A stretch of DNA of 64,000 bases, taken from NCBI GenBank assembly GCA_965278995.1, contig OZ257136.1:2874497-2938496 (forward strand), given 5' to 3'. The notes beneath the pieces were generated by a model. That model saw nothing but the letters and a program-made list of their open reading frames with translations. It searched no databases and was not told the origin of the DNA. The stretch comes from Gammaproteobacteria bacterium. GTDB taxonomy: Bacteria > Pseudomonadota > Gammaproteobacteria > Ga0077536. The position numbers and the translations under genes were made by a program. This document shows positions 1 to 10,392 of the stretch, one piece after another. Each line of letters opens with the position of its first letter. The first letter of the stretch is position 1.

Positions 1-112
1 GTTCGGGTCGCGCTCCTCGCACAACACCTGGTGAATCACGCAGCGTCGAACCATGGTCGATCTCCTTCAGTACCGGTAGGTGAAAAGCAGCAGACGAGTA
101 ATTATTCTTAAT

Positions 113-133
113 GAGAATGATTATCATTATAAT
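113..133. promoter_or_regulatory. Fur-box-like operator. Reverse complement reads ATAATGATAATCATTCTC, which I count as 17 of 19 matches to GATAATGATAATCATTATC. It lies between a leftward partial gene (ATG at 54 on the minus strand) and the GST gene.
   Basis: Direct reading of an AT-rich dyad in the sequence; the consensus is from established Fur literature. Confidence 0.5.
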
Positions 134-272
134 TAACTACGAGTGTCAATCCTACTGAACGCCGGGTATCTGCCTGGTTCGACGTCAAGCACCGCCGCGA
201 CAGCACCAGCAAGCAGCTGTGATACGCTCATGCGCCCTTTCGCCACGACACGCTTATTTCGGAGTACGGAAC

Positions 273-1037
273 ATGATTGACGTTTATTACTGGCCCACGC
301 CTAACGGCTGGAAAGTGACCATCATGCTGGAGGAATGCGGCCTTCCGTATACCATCAAGGCCGTTGATATCGGTGGTGGCGACCAGTTCAAAGCCGATTT
401 CCTGCGCCTGTGCCCGAACAATCGGATGCCGGCCATCGTCGATCACGAACCGCTTGGTGGCGGTGCGCCGCTCGGCATATTCGAATCCGGCGCGATCCTC
501 GAATATCTCGGCGACAAAACGGGCATGTTCCTGCCGCGCGCCGGGGCCGAACGCTACAAAGTGCTGCAGTGGGCTTACTGGCAGATGGCCAATCTCGGCC
601 CCATGATGGGCAACGCCAACCACTTCAAGAACTACGCCAAGAACATTACCGACGATGCCACACAACTTGTCTACGGTACCAAGCGCTTCGTCGGTGAAGT
701 CGATCGTCTATGCGGCGTGATGGATGCGCAGCTCTCGGCCAATCGCTATCTCGCCGGCGCCGAGTACAGCATCGCCGACATTCTGAGCTGGTCGTGGGCA
801 ACCTTGCTCGGGCGCCTTATCGACGAGGCGGTGTGGGACAACTTCCCCAACCTGAAACGCTGGCACGATGACATCAACGAGCGACCGGCAGTGCAGCGCG
901 GCCGTTATGTCGCCAAGGAACTCGGTGAGCGCAAGTTGACGGAAGACGAAGAAAAAGCGCGCCGCGAATTGCTGTTCAATCAAACCAACGAGAAAGTTCG
1001 CAAGCTGCGCGAAGCAGCAGCGCGTTCAAATGCATAA
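273..1037 (+). CDS. Glutathione S-transferase, Nu-class (YfcG/YghU-like)
   Basis: The N-terminus MIDVYYWPTPNGWKV and the motifs NRMPAIVDH and FESGAILEYL closely parallel E. coli YfcG. A GGAG ribosome-binding site sits upstream of the ATG at 273. The ORF track starts at 219, but 273 fits the family N-terminus. Confidence 0.85.
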   Translation: MIDVYYWPTPNGWKVTIMLEECGLPYTIKAVDIGGGDQFKADFLRLCPNNRMPAIVDHEPLGGGAPLGIFESGAILEYLGDKTGMFLPRAGAERYKVLQWAYWQMANLGPMMGNANHFKNYAKNITDDATQLVYGTKRFVGEVDRLCGVMDAQLSANRYLAGAEYSIADILSWSWATLLGRLIDEAVWDNFPNLKRWHDDINERPAVQRGRYVAKELGERKLTEDEEKARRELLFNQTNEKVRKLREAAARSNA

Positions 1038-1039
1038 CA

Positions 1040-1125
1040 GACTGACAAAAAAACATAGCGAGTAAAGGCAGGACAAGGCCGCGCGCTCGCGTAACGCCGT
1101 CATTTCGAGCGGAGTCGTTTTTAAC
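1040..1125. repeat. MITE/REP-like palindromic element, copy A (diverged). It lies between the convergent ends of two genes.
   Basis: It shares the core GCGAGTAAAGGCAGGACAAGGC plus an inverted GAAAAA/TTTTTA end structure with the copies at 17684-17764 and 45821-45899. Confidence 0.45.
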
Positions 1126-1924
1126 GATTGTCGCCGTCGAGCACGCCACCGAGTACGCCAAGCAGCGAGCCCTCCTCGCGGGCGCTGCCGCCGGCGCGCG
1201 GCGCGTAAGCGAGTACGCGGCCGGCCAGACGGGAAATCGGCAAGGACTGCAGCCAGACTCGTCCAGGCCCGGTCAGGGTGGCGAAAAACAGTCCTTCGCC
1301 ACCGAATATCGCTGATTTGAGCTTGCCGACGAACTGGATATCGAAGGTGACCGAGGTCTGATATCCGACTACGCAGCCGGTGTCGACGCGCAGGATTTCC
1401 CCCGGTCCGAGCGTTCTTTCAGCGAGCGTCCCACCCGCGTGCACGAAAGCGAGGCCGTCGCCGTCGAGCCTCTGCATGATGAACCCTTCGCCGCCGAATA
1501 GCGCGGTGCCTAACTTGCGTTGAAATGCGATACCGAGAGCAACGCCGCGCGCCGCACACAGAAACGCATCTTTCTGGCAGATGAAGGTGCCACCGAGCTG
1601 TTTCAGATCGATGGCGACGATACGGCCCGGGTAGGGTGCGGCAAAGGCGACGCGTCGTTTCTGCTGCGTCTCGTTGTGATAGACCGTCGTGAAGAGCGAT
1701 TCGCCGGTAACCAGACGCTTGCCGGCGCCGAGCAGCTTGCCCATGAGTCCGCCCTGCTCGGCAGCGCGTGAACCGTCGCCGAACACAGTATCCATTTCGA
1801 TGCCGTCCTGCATCATCATCATGGCGCCTGCTTCGCCGATGGCAGCTTCGCCGGGATCGAGTTCGATTTCGACGAACTGCATATCGTCGCCATGGATTTC
1901 ATAATCGACCTGGTCCATCGACAT
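1121..1924 (-). CDS. AIM24/TIGR00266-family protein (DUF124)
   Basis: Gly-rich repeated beta motifs (GGEGxF, FGGEGLF) begin at [22 protein letters not shown]. The start is taken at an internal Met because the upstream 91 codons are not family-like. Confidence 0.65.
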   Translation of the reverse strand: MSMDQVDYEIHGDDMQFVEIELDPGEAAIGEAGAMMMMQDGIEMDTVFGDGSRAAEQGGLMGKLLGAGKRLVTGESLFTTVYHNETQQKRRVAFAAPYPGRIVAIDLKQLGGTFICQKDAFLCAARGVALGIAFQRKLGTALFGGEGFIMQRLDGDGLAFVHAGGTLAERTLGPGEILRVDTGCVVGYQTSVTFDIQFVGKLKSAIFGGEGLFFATLTGPGRVWLQSLPISRLAGRVLAYAPRAGGSAREEGSLLGVLGGVLDGDNR

Positions 1925-2080
1925 AGGCTGGCTACTCCTGCTGACTGACTGAGGATTACCTTGGGAGGCAGCTCTATAGTGGAACGCCGACTTGCCGCTG
2001 GCAATGGCATGGCGACTGGCGAAATGCCGGCTGATGCACAACAATGCAGCAAGGCGGTCGCACAGCGGGGAGCTTGGCGC

Positions 2081-2944
2081 ATGGTCGAACAGTCGCGGGA
2101 AAATACGCCGACGTACAAGAGCCTGTCGCCGGCGGCGGTCTGGCAGTTCCAGCAGGAAGGCTACTTCGCGCCACTGCGCATCATGCCAAGCACGCATGCC
2201 GCAGCACTACGGGCACAGCTCGAACGTTACGAAAGTAGTGCGGGCGGCCCGCTATCCGGGCACCTGCGGCACAAGTCGCACCTATTGTTCACCTGGCTGT
2301 GGGATCTGGTGTTCGACCCTCGTATTCTCGATGCGGTGGAAGATCTGCTCGGGAAAGATCTGCTGTGCTGGTCGAGTTCGTTTTTCATCAAGGAGGCGCA
2401 CGACCCGGGCTTCGTTTCCTGGCATCAGGACGCCACCTATTGGGGTTTGAGCAGCCCGGACGTCGTAACCGTGTGGGTCGCGCTGTCGCCCAGCACGCTC
2501 GCCTCAGGCGCGATGCGCGTTTTACCTGGCTCACACCGCGAGCAATTTGCCCATCGCGATACGTTCGCCGAACACAATCTGCTGACGCGCGGTCAGGAAG
2601 TCGCTGTCGAAGTCGATGGCACGCGAGCGGTTCCGCTGCTGCTCAGTCCCGGCGAAGTTTCCCTGCATCACGTCCTGATCGTACACGGGTCTGAACCGAA
2701 CCGCGCCGACGACAGGCGCATCGGCTACGCCATTCGCTACGTTCCGACCCATGTGCGGCAGATTGCCGGTGCCTCCGATTCCGCCACGCTGGTGCGCGGC
2801 GAGGACCGCTATCGTCATTTTGCGCAGGAACAGCCACCTGAATACGATATGAGTCCGGCGGCCGTCGAGCGTCATGCCACGATTACCGCGGCGCAGGCAG
2901 CGACGCTCTATCGTGGCACCGGCAAGGCGCGCTTTCGCGCCTGA
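2081..2944 (+). CDS. Phytanoyl-CoA dioxygenase (PhyH) family Fe(II)/2OG oxygenase
   Basis: The HxD motif (SWHQDATYW) and a distal His ([12 protein letters not shown]) are present. The ORF track begins at 1961; the start is assigned to the Met at 2081. Confidence 0.7.
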   Translation: MVEQSRENTPTYKSLSPAAVWQFQQEGYFAPLRIMPSTHAAALRAQLERYESSAGGPLSGHLRHKSHLLFTWLWDLVFDPRILDAVEDLLGKDLLCWSSSFFIKEAHDPGFVSWHQDATYWGLSSPDVVTVWVALSPSTLASGAMRVLPGSHREQFAHRDTFAEHNLLTRGQEVAVEVDGTRAVPLLLSPGEVSLHHVLIVHGSEPNRADDRRIGYAIRYVPTHVRQIAGASDSATLVRGEDRYRHFAQEQPPEYDMSPAAVERHATITAAQAATLYRGTGKARFRA

Positions 2945-2965
2945 ATACTCGCCGAAGCCGGGCTG

Positions 2966-3952
2966 CTATTGCATCGCTCCGGAGGCGGCAATCTGATCCT
3001 GCTTTGGCGTGAACAATTCGCCGACATCGACGGCATCGAAGCGGTATTGCTGGCCGCAAAAATCGCAACCGACCTCCACCACTTCTCGTTCGGCGATGAT
3101 GTCGTCGATTTCCGCACGACCTAGCGTCAGCAGCATATTGCCAACGCGCTCACGGCCGCAGCTGCAGCGGAAACGCGTCGACGATGGCGCAAACCTCAGC
3201 AGCGGCTCTTCCCAGAACAGGCGACGTAGTATGGTCTCGACGTCCTGTGTCAGCAGTTCATCGCGACCAAGCGTGGCGCCCAGTTGCGCGATGCGATTGA
3301 AGTCTTCGTTGCGGCCGATCTGGTCTTCGTCAAGGCCGCCGCCCAGCTTGCCGCCGGCAGGCATGCGCTGCAGCAACAGTCCCGCTGCGACGTCATCATT
3401 GGCGGCCAGTACGAGACGCGTGTCGAGTTGTTCGGATTGCAGCATGTAATGTTCGATGACCGCTGCCAGCACTGTCAGGGGTTCGCGCTGATCGCCGTGC
3501 AGCGGCACGATACCCTGGTAGGGTTGTGTTCCGGCGGGCCTGTCCGTTGCATCCAGCGTAATCGCGCAACGACCGTGGCCGCCGACATTGACCATTGCCT
3601 GCAGTCCAGCGTCGTCCGCTATCGGGCCGACCACGGTGGCGGTGGCCCGATAACTGAGATCAGAACGGACTTCGGCGACGGCAAGTTTGACCGGACCATC
3701 GCCATGCACCTGCAGCACCAGCGCGCCGTCGAATTTGATGTTGGATTGCATGAGAATCCCGGCCGCCGTCATTTCGCCAATCAGAGCGCGGACCGGCGCT
3801 GGAAACGCGCCGACCGTTGCACGCCTGGCCAGCGCTTCGCGCCAGCCATGCGTAAGGCGCACGAGCGCGCCACGCACCGGCAGGCCGTCAAATAAAAAAC
3901 GATGCAGATCGGGTGATTCCACGCGGGTCTCCAGCTTGGCGCAGTGACTCAA
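2966..3952 (-). CDS. hslO: Hsp33 redox-regulated chaperone
   Basis: The N-terminal region HRFLFDGLPVRGALVRL is Hsp33-like. The C-terminal zinc centre has CSCGRERV and CDFCGQQY (CxC...CxxC). Confidence 0.85.
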   Translation of the reverse strand: MSHCAKLETRVESPDLHRFLFDGLPVRGALVRLTHGWREALARRATVGAFPAPVRALIGEMTAAGILMQSNIKFDGALVLQVHGDGPVKLAVAEVRSDLSYRATATVVGPIADDAGLQAMVNVGGHGRCAITLDATDRPAGTQPYQGIVPLHGDQREPLTVLAAVIEHYMLQSEQLDTRLVLAANDDVAAGLLLQRMPAGGKLGGGLDEDQIGRNEDFNRIAQLGATLGRDELLTQDVETILRRLFWEEPLLRFAPSSTRFRCSCGRERVGNMLLTLGRAEIDDIIAEREVVEVGCDFCGQQYRFDAVDVGELFTPKQDQIAASGAMQ

Positions 3953-4030
3953 GCGAGCACGACCCGATTATCGCGCGAGATGGCGGTGCCCGCCATGCCG
4001 AGGGCGTAGCGAGCGATAGTCGTCAGGCGA

Positions 4031-4636
4031 TCAGACCGCCAACTTGCGGCGCGATGACCACAGGCCGACGATGGCAAGCGCCAGCAGACCAGCGGAGCCA
4101 GGCACCGGCACAACGCTGGTCTCGTTCAAACGCAGGTCGTCAACCAGAAAATGATTGCCGAAACCGAGCAGCAACTCGTCGATCGCGCCGCTCTGCGCCG
4201 CGAAGAATTTGAACGAACCGTTCAGCCCGGTGGCCACACTCCATACTTCCACGCCGTTATTGAAACCGCTCAACGTACCGAACAACTGATCCGGCCCACC
4301 CGACTCCGGTGGCAGGCTCCATACTTTCGCCCACAAGCCGTCAAACGTGAAGTCGGCACCGCCGTCGGCAGTGATGATGCCGATACCGCCATAGTTGTTC
4401 AGCAGCGTGAACTCGCCACTATGAGCGCCGAAAGGCCAGCTGGAGGAGCTGACCGTGTCAATCCAGTCGAGCCGGTTTTCGCCGCATGGACTGCAGGCGA
4501 AATTGAATCCGTAGTAGGAAGCCGGTATCGGCCCGACGGTGTTCGGACCTGATCCGGGAACGTCATCGAACGTGAGTATTGCAGCCTGCGTGTTGAGGGT
4601 CACGGCAGCAACTGCCAGCAGGAGTAAACGCTTCAT
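4031..4636 (-). CDS. Secreted protein with a PEP-CTERM-like (VPVP variant) C-terminal sorting domain
   Basis: There is a signal peptide MKRLLLLAVAAVTLNTQA. The C-terminus is VPVPGSAGLLALAIVGLWSSRRK, i.e. motif, transmembrane helix, then a basic cluster. Confidence 0.75.
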   Translation of the reverse strand: MKRLLLLAVAAVTLNTQAAILTFDDVPGSGPNTVGPIPASYYGFNFACSPCGENRLDWIDTVSSSSWPFGAHSGEFTLLNNYGGIGIITADGGADFTFDGLWAKVWSLPPESGGPDQLFGTLSGFNNGVEVWSVATGLNGSFKFFAAQSGAIDELLLGFGNHFLVDDLRLNETSVVPVPGSAGLLALAIVGLWSSRRKLAV

Positions 4637-4728
4637 CAGTGTCGGGCTCCATCAAAACTGCTTCCAGAAAAACTGGATGGGAGCAGTTTAGCGCAAGTAA
4701 AACCCGATAGAATTACAGGCCACAAACG

Positions 4729-7287
4729 TTAACACTCAGGCCCGCAAGCACTGTTCGCGGCGGTGGCGGATCGACAGCTGTCGCGCGCGCTGACACTGCG
4801 CGCCCCCCGCCGCCGAACCAACAGGCCGGCGGCGCTCAGCAACAGCCACGCAGCCCCTGGCAACGGCACTGCCTGCACACTCAAGCGCAGACTGGTACCG
4901 TCCTGATTGAGCAGAAAGTTCAAGCCGTCGATGTCGGGCAGTACGACGGCAGTGAAACTGCCGAGCAGACTACCCGCTTCGAACAACAGGAAATCCTGGC
5001 CCGACAACGCCGAAAAGCCGTCGATGAAGACGATGCTGAGTGTACCGCCCAGCGTCAGTTGTCCACCGACAGCCAAGCTGTCGTATTCGCTTCCGCGCGT
5101 AAGACCGGCGATCTCGAGGATGGTCTCATTGCTCGCCTCGAGCACGGCGTCCCCGGCTATCTCCAGCAAGACCGGACTGCTGCCTGGCGACAGTCCGCCT
5201 GCAAACAGACTCACACCGTTACCGTTGATACTGCCGTCGCCGGAATACTGACCGGCAAAGCGGATGTGGGCGGCGGCCTCGACCACGACCTCAGAACGAT
5301 TGACGAAGTTTCCGTTGACATCGAGCGCCTGCCCCGGCGTCACTTGCACCAGCCCATGGTTCTCGATATTGCCGGACAGCGTACCGCCACCTTCGAGGAG
5401 GCCGTTGTCGCCGACGTGCAGCCCTTCGATCGTGCCGAGGACGCCTGCGCCGAGCAGCAGGCGGACCTCGCCGTCACCGGTCCCAAGAGCCAGGGATTTC
5501 ACGGTCACATCCGCTGCCGGACCTCGGATGAGCGTATCGTTCAGAGGGCTCAGTGTGACGTCATGGACAGCGCCCGGGTCCAGCCCGAAACGCCAGTTGG
5601 CGTTGTCATTCCATTCGTGTTCGAGAGCAGGGTCCGGGATAGTCTCACGCCAGAACAATTCCGGTGACCACGCATTGATTGCATGAATACCGCTTTCGTA
5701 AGTCACTTCATAGGCGACGAGCCCGCTGTCGCTGAAACCGTTGGTTTGACCCTCCGGATCGTTGTTGAACGTAATATCGAAGACAATTTCGCCATTCAGA
5801 ATATCGCCTTCGCGGACGACCGTTGCGCGCTCGTTGCCGTCGGAGACCATCAGGATTTTTTGCAGCAGCGGGATCTCGCCTTCTTCCGTCTGTACGGTGC
5901 CGATATTGAGCTCGGCGATGAAAGCGGCCATGGCCGCATTGTTCAGCGCAGGATGCTCGAAAGACGCGAATATTCCGCTCTCGTAACTCTCACCGGTGCG
6001 GGCGACATGCTCGACGGAATCAGGCGAGGCGACAAAGATGCCGAATGGGTTCTCGTCGTCGGTATCGAACAGTTCGACGCGAAACGCGACCTGCTCGTTG
6101 TCGTTCAGTGCCGGGCGCGGCATGGCGCCGTTGTTGTTCTCGGCAAAGCGACCGTAGCGGGCGTCACCGGACGGGACCAGATCACCTTCGCGGACCAGCG
6201 CCATCAAATCGCCACCGGCACGCTTGAGAAAAATCGCGCTGTCATCGAGCGCGCTGCTGCCGGCGAGCGGGGTATCCGGCAGACCGTCCGTGTTACGGAG
6301 CAGTGCGCTGAACGCGACATCGCCATCGTTGTTGATGCGGAGCTGCGAAAACACGGCGAAATCTCCATCGCCGCCGGGGACATCATCGCCCTCCTCGGCC
6401 ACCTGCGAAATCGCGGTGCTGTTATCGGCAACACGATAGACCGCAGTATCCGACAGCGCCGGCGCACCGGCGAGCGTAGCGGAAAAGACCATGCCACCGT
6501 CGTTGTTCATATGCGGCGAGAACACGCCACTCAAGTTGCTGCCGTTGACATTATCTCCTTCGCGCACGATTTCGACCGTGCCGTTCTGACTATCGCGACG
6601 AAAGATGGCAGTGTCGTTTGCGGTACCGGCGGTGGTGTCGCTCAGCGCGGAAAAAAAGCCGACTTCGCCATGGGTCCCGACCCCGAACAGATTGATGCCA
6701 CCGAGATCGCGATATGCGCCGTCGCCGTTCGGCACGTCCTCGCCTTCGGCGCCAGCCAGATGGTAGTTATCGCCGGGCGCGCCGGCATCCTCTTCGACGA
6801 CAATCGCCGTGTTGCCACCGGCCAGCCCGCTGCGCACCGGGAGTTCGAAGGCGACGGTATTGAACGTTCCTGTGACACCCTGCACGACGTCGATCTGCGG
6901 ATCCTCGAGATAGACTGTCGTCAGAAACAAATCGCCGGCGGTCAATCCGGTGCCACTGGCATCGAGCTGGGAATCTTCACGCAGGATTTCCACAATCTGA
7001 TTGACTACCGCGCCAAACAGATCCGTCAGCTGAAAGCGATAGATGCCGCTGTTGTTCGTCGGCGCGACATTGGCACCGCTCTGCCGGGCATTGAACACGA
7101 CTGCGCCGGTGTTGTTGACACTTGGCTCGAGAAAATCGCTGAAGTCGACTCCCACCGACCCGGCAGAATCGCCGAAGCGCGCGATTTCGAACGTGTTGTC
7201 CTCAGCCAGTCCGAGTGCCGGAAGGCTGAGCAGGGCCAGTCCGCAGGCTACCCGACGGCCCCTGATCGAATGCTCGCGGTCGGCCAT
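4729..7287 (-). CDS. Large secreted repeat protein with a PEP-CTERM-like tail (VPLPGAAWLLLSAAGLLVRRRGAR). It contains recurring NN-D/N-G-x-V-AF-x-A-L units.
   Basis: The start is set at MADREHSIRGRRVACGLALLSLPALGLA, which has a signal peptide; the ORF track begins 92 codons upstream. At least nine NNDGxVAF-type repeats are visible. A sorting-domain-like C-terminus is followed by an unusual 22-aa tail. Confidence 0.7.
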   Translation of the reverse strand: MADREHSIRGRRVACGLALLSLPALGLAEDNTFEIARFGDSAGSVGVDFSDFLEPSVNNTGAVVFNARQSGANVAPTNNSGIYRFQLTDLFGAVVNQIVEILREDSQLDASGTGLTAGDLFLTTVYLEDPQIDVVQGVTGTFNTVAFELPVRSGLAGGNTAIVVEEDAGAPGDNYHLAGAEGEDVPNGDGAYRDLGGINLFGVGTHGEVGFFSALSDTTAGTANDTAIFRRDSQNGTVEIVREGDNVNGSNLSGVFSPHMNNDGGMVFSATLAGAPALSDTAVYRVADNSTAISQVAEEGDDVPGGDGDFAVFSQLRINNDGDVAFSALLRNTDGLPDTPLAGSSALDDSAIFLKRAGGDLMALVREGDLVPSGDARYGRFAENNNGAMPRPALNDNEQVAFRVELFDTDDENPFGIFVASPDSVEHVARTGESYESGIFASFEHPALNNAAMAAFIAELNIGTVQTEEGEIPLLQKILMVSDGNERATVVREGDILNGEIVFDITFNNDPEGQTNGFSDSGLVAYEVTYESGIHAINAWSPELFWRETIPDPALEHEWNDNANWRFGLDPGAVHDVTLSPLNDTLIRGPAADVTVKSLALGTGDGEVRLLLGAGVLGTIEGLHVGDNGLLEGGGTLSGNIENHGLVQVTPGQALDVNGNFVNRSEVVVEAAAHIRFAGQYSGDGSINGNGVSLFAGGLSPGSSPVLLEIAGDAVLEASNETILEIAGLTRGSEYDSLAVGGQLTLGGTLSIVFIDGFSALSGQDFLLFEAGSLLGSFTAVVLPDIDGLNFLLNQDGTSLRLSVQAVPLPGAAWLLLSAAGLLVRRRGARSVSARDSCRSATAANSACGPEC

Positions 7288-7501
7288 GGTGCATCCCCTC
7301 AACGCTGCTTTTGTGGTCGATAGCGTACGTCCTGAGGCCGCAACTGCGTAGTTGGAAATGCGGGCATAGCGCGCATTATCGCGCGCCGAAACCGAGGCAG
7401 GACACGGCTGCCAACCCGCCGCTGGCGCCGTTCCCGACAAGGCTCGCGCCCCCGGCCGGCATCGCGCACAATGCCGGTCATTCAGGGCGAGGGGAAAGCA
7501 C

Positions 7502-9139
7502 ATGGTGGCAACGCATTTCGGTGCGATATGGGAGTCGATCGCCAAGGCCGTTCCGGAGGCCATTGCCGTCGCGCAAGGCCAGCGCCGGGTGAACTGGCAC
7601 GATTACGAACAAAATGCCGCACGCATTGCGCAATGCCTGCTCGACGCCGGCCTTGCCCCTCACGCCCGCGTCGGGCTGTACCTCTACAACGGACCGGAGT
7701 ATTGCGAAGCGAATTTCGCGGCGTTGAAGATTCGCGGCGTGCCGATCAATATCAATTATCGTTATCTCGATCAGGAACTGGCTTACCTGCTCGACAACGC
7801 CGATGTCGCGGCGCTGATCTATCACACCTCGCTCAGCGATCGCGTTGCGCGTGTCCGCCATCTCGTACCAGGTATGACCGTCCTGATCGAAGTCGACGAT
7901 GGCCCGGCTGCTGATGGCACACTGCATGTCGACGGCGCGCTCGCCTATGCAACGATACAGACGACGGTCGCGCCGGCCGCACCTATCGCCCCACACGGCG
8001 ATGAGCTCTACATGTTCTACACCGGCGGCACCACTGGAATGCCCAAAGGCGTGACTTACAGCTTGCGTGATTTCACCCATTTCTTCCTCGAATCCTACCC
8101 CACGATGATCGGCCTGCAGCCTTTTGGCGGGCCAGCTGAGCTCGGCGCGAAAGCGCGCGAGATTGTCGATTCCGGCGTGGCCCTGGCGGCAATGTCGGCA
8201 CCACCGCTCATGCACGGCACCGGCAACTGGCTCGGTATGATGGCGCCGATGGCGCTCGGTGGCACCGCTGTATTGCTCGAGGGTCGTGGCCTGGACGCGG
8301 TCGAGCTATGGGATGCCGTTGAACGCGAACGCGTACAGCAGCTCATCATCGTCGGCGACGCTTTTGCGCGGCCGATGTTGCGCGCACTCGACGCCGCCCC
8401 CGGTCGCTGGGATCTCTCCTGTCTGCGCTTGATGTTGTCGTCGGGCGCAATGTGGTCGATGGAAGTGAAACAGGCGCTGCTTGCTCACCTGCCGACGATT
8501 GCGCTTGCCGATGTGCTCGGCTCGACTGAAGGGGGTATGGGCCAATCGATCATGACCCGCGATACACCGCCCGGTGAGACGGCAAAATTTGCTTTGCGAC
8601 CAACCACGCGCGTATTCACCGAGGACGGCCGCGAAGTGCAGCCAGGCTCGGGCGAAATCGGCATGGTCGCAAACGGCGGCCTGGTGCCGCTCTATTATCA
8701 CAAGGATGCGGAAAAATCGGCGCGCACATTTCGCACCGTCGGTGGCCAGCGTTACTCGTTCCCCGGTGACATGGCGACTGTCGAGACGGATGGCTCGATC
8801 ACGCTGCTTGGCCGCGGCTCGAACTGCATCAACACCGGCGGCGAGAAAGTCTTTCCGGAAGAAGTCGAAGAAATTCTGAAACAGCATCCTGCAGTCGAAG
8901 ATGCCCTGGTCTTCGGCGAACCCGACGAGCAGTTCGGCAACCGCGTCGTCGGCGTCGCCTCGCTGGCACCGGGCAGCGTGGCGACTGCCGATGAAGTCAT
9001 TCGATTGGCGCGCGAACGGTTGTCGAGTTACAAATTGCCAAAGCGACTCGCCATCGTCGATCACGTACCCCGCGCGCCGAACGGCAAGGCCGATTATACG
9101 CGGGCGAAACAGTTGTTTGCCGCTGCCCTGGGCGGCTGA
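7502..9139 (+). CDS. AMP-dependent acyl-CoA synthetase/ligase (FadD-like)
   Basis: The AMP-binding motif YTGGTTGMPKG is present, and the C-terminus has PRAPNGKADY. Confidence 0.85.
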   Translation: MVATHFGAIWESIAKAVPEAIAVAQGQRRVNWHDYEQNAARIAQCLLDAGLAPHARVGLYLYNGPEYCEANFAALKIRGVPININYRYLDQELAYLLDNADVAALIYHTSLSDRVARVRHLVPGMTVLIEVDDGPAADGTLHVDGALAYATIQTTVAPAAPIAPHGDELYMFYTGGTTGMPKGVTYSLRDFTHFFLESYPTMIGLQPFGGPAELGAKAREIVDSGVALAAMSAPPLMHGTGNWLGMMAPMALGGTAVLLEGRGLDAVELWDAVERERVQQLIIVGDAFARPMLRALDAAPGRWDLSCLRLMLSSGAMWSMEVKQALLAHLPTIALADVLGSTEGGMGQSIMTRDTPPGETAKFALRPTTRVFTEDGREVQPGSGEIGMVANGGLVPLYYHKDAEKSARTFRTVGGQRYSFPGDMATVETDGSITLLGRGSNCINTGGEKVFPEEVEEILKQHPAVEDALVFGEPDEQFGNRVVGVASLAPGSVATADEVIRLARERLSSYKLPKRLAIVDHVPRAPNGKADYTRAKQLFAAALGG

Positions 9140-9145
9140 GAGCGA

Positions 9146-10312
9146 ATGAAGAAGCAGCGCGCGCCAGCAGGCACGCCGGCATTCGATATACCGCGTTTTT
9201 TGCGTGCCGACTGGCAACGCCGGCCGCGTTTACTCAAGCAGGCCTGGCCGCGCTGGCGCAACCCGCTGACACCCGATGAGCTGGCCGGCCTGGCCTGCGA
9301 ATCCGAGGTCGAATCGCGACTGATCCTGCGCGAGCGTCGACGCTGGCAGCTCGAGCATGGTCCGTTCGCAGCGGCGCGTTTCGATACGCTACCGGCACGC
9401 CGCTGGACATTGCTGGTACAGGCGGTGGACCACTACGTACCCGCGGTTGCCGCGCTGCTCGAAACGTTTCGCTTCATCCCCGACTGGCGCCTCGATGACA
9501 TCATGGTGAGCTACGCCACCGATGGCGGCGGTGTCGGTCCGCATTTCGATCATTACGATGTCTTTCTGCTGCAGGGTCTCGGTCGGCGACGTTGGCGAGT
9601 TGGTCAGCGCTGCACCGGCGCAACGCCACTGCAGCCGCATGCCGATATCCGCCTGCTGGCCGAATTCCAACCTGCAGAGGAGTGGGTCCTCGATCCTGGC
9701 GACATGCTTTATCTGCCACCAGGGTGGGCACACGATGGCGTCGCCATTGGCGATGACTGCATGACGTACTCCATCGGCTTGCGGGCACCGAGTCGGGCCG
9801 AACTCATCGGCCACTGGTGCGACGAAGTCATTGCCGGCCTCGACGAGGATGACCGCTATACAGATGCCGCCGGCCAGGAACACGCACCCCCTGGCGAGCT
9901 GACGCCGGCAACGCTGGCGCGCTTGCGAACGCTGGCCATGTCTGCGCTGAACGATGAAGCACGATTTGCCGACTGGTTCGGGCGCTACACGAGCGAACGC
10001 AAGTATGCCGAAAGTGCCGAGCCTCCGACCCGCCGATTGAGCGCAACCCAGCTGGCGCGTGCATTGGTCCGCGGTGCGGTGCTGGCGCGTGTTGCATCAA
10101 GCCGCTATGCCTTCATTCGCCACGGCCGCGGCTTGGCGCTATACGTCGACGGCGAGCGCTACACCTGCGCCGGCCGGGCCGCCCAGCTTGCTTTGCGACT
10201 CTGCGGCCAGGGCGAGCGCGAGCTGCATGCGGCGGACGTTCCTGCCGGTCCGGCACTCGCGCTTGCCGCGACGCTTCATGCGCGAGGCGCATTGGCGCTG
10301 ATTCGACCCTAG
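9146..10312 (+). CDS. JmjC/cupin-4 family oxygenase (RoxA/YcfD-like ribosomal protein hydroxylase)
   Basis: The cupin core HFDHYDVFLLQGLGRRRWRVG...LPPGWAHDGVAI is present, with a typical length. Confidence 0.65.
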   Translation: MKKQRAPAGTPAFDIPRFLRADWQRRPRLLKQAWPRWRNPLTPDELAGLACESEVESRLILRERRRWQLEHGPFAAARFDTLPARRWTLLVQAVDHYVPAVAALLETFRFIPDWRLDDIMVSYATDGGGVGPHFDHYDVFLLQGLGRRRWRVGQRCTGATPLQPHADIRLLAEFQPAEEWVLDPGDMLYLPPGWAHDGVAIGDDCMTYSIGLRAPSRAELIGHWCDEVIAGLDEDDRYTDAAGQEHAPPGELTPATLARLRTLAMSALNDEARFADWFGRYTSERKYAESAEPPTRRLSATQLARALVRGAVLARVASSRYAFIRHGRGLALYVDGERYTCAGRAAQLALRLCGQGERELHAADVPAGPALALAATLHARGALALIRP

Positions 10313-10392
10313 CAACCTGACGACCGGTCGATTGCACGAGGGCGTCCTCGCATTAGACAATCCTAGTTACGCCATCGGCATAGGGTAATCCC

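Noticed and set aside
5683-7323. A 546-aa plus-strand ORF, and many other long ORFs antisense to annotated genes (e.g. 8306-9217, 10513-11412, 11605-12876, 29629-30807, 34049-35377, 35893-37608, 38641-39471, 52351-54614, 56373-57692, 59751-61065).
   Set aside because: They lie opposite genes that have clear family signatures. They have low-complexity Arg/Ala/Pro-rich translations and no recognisable domains. Long antisense open frames like these are an expected artefact of ~65% GC DNA.
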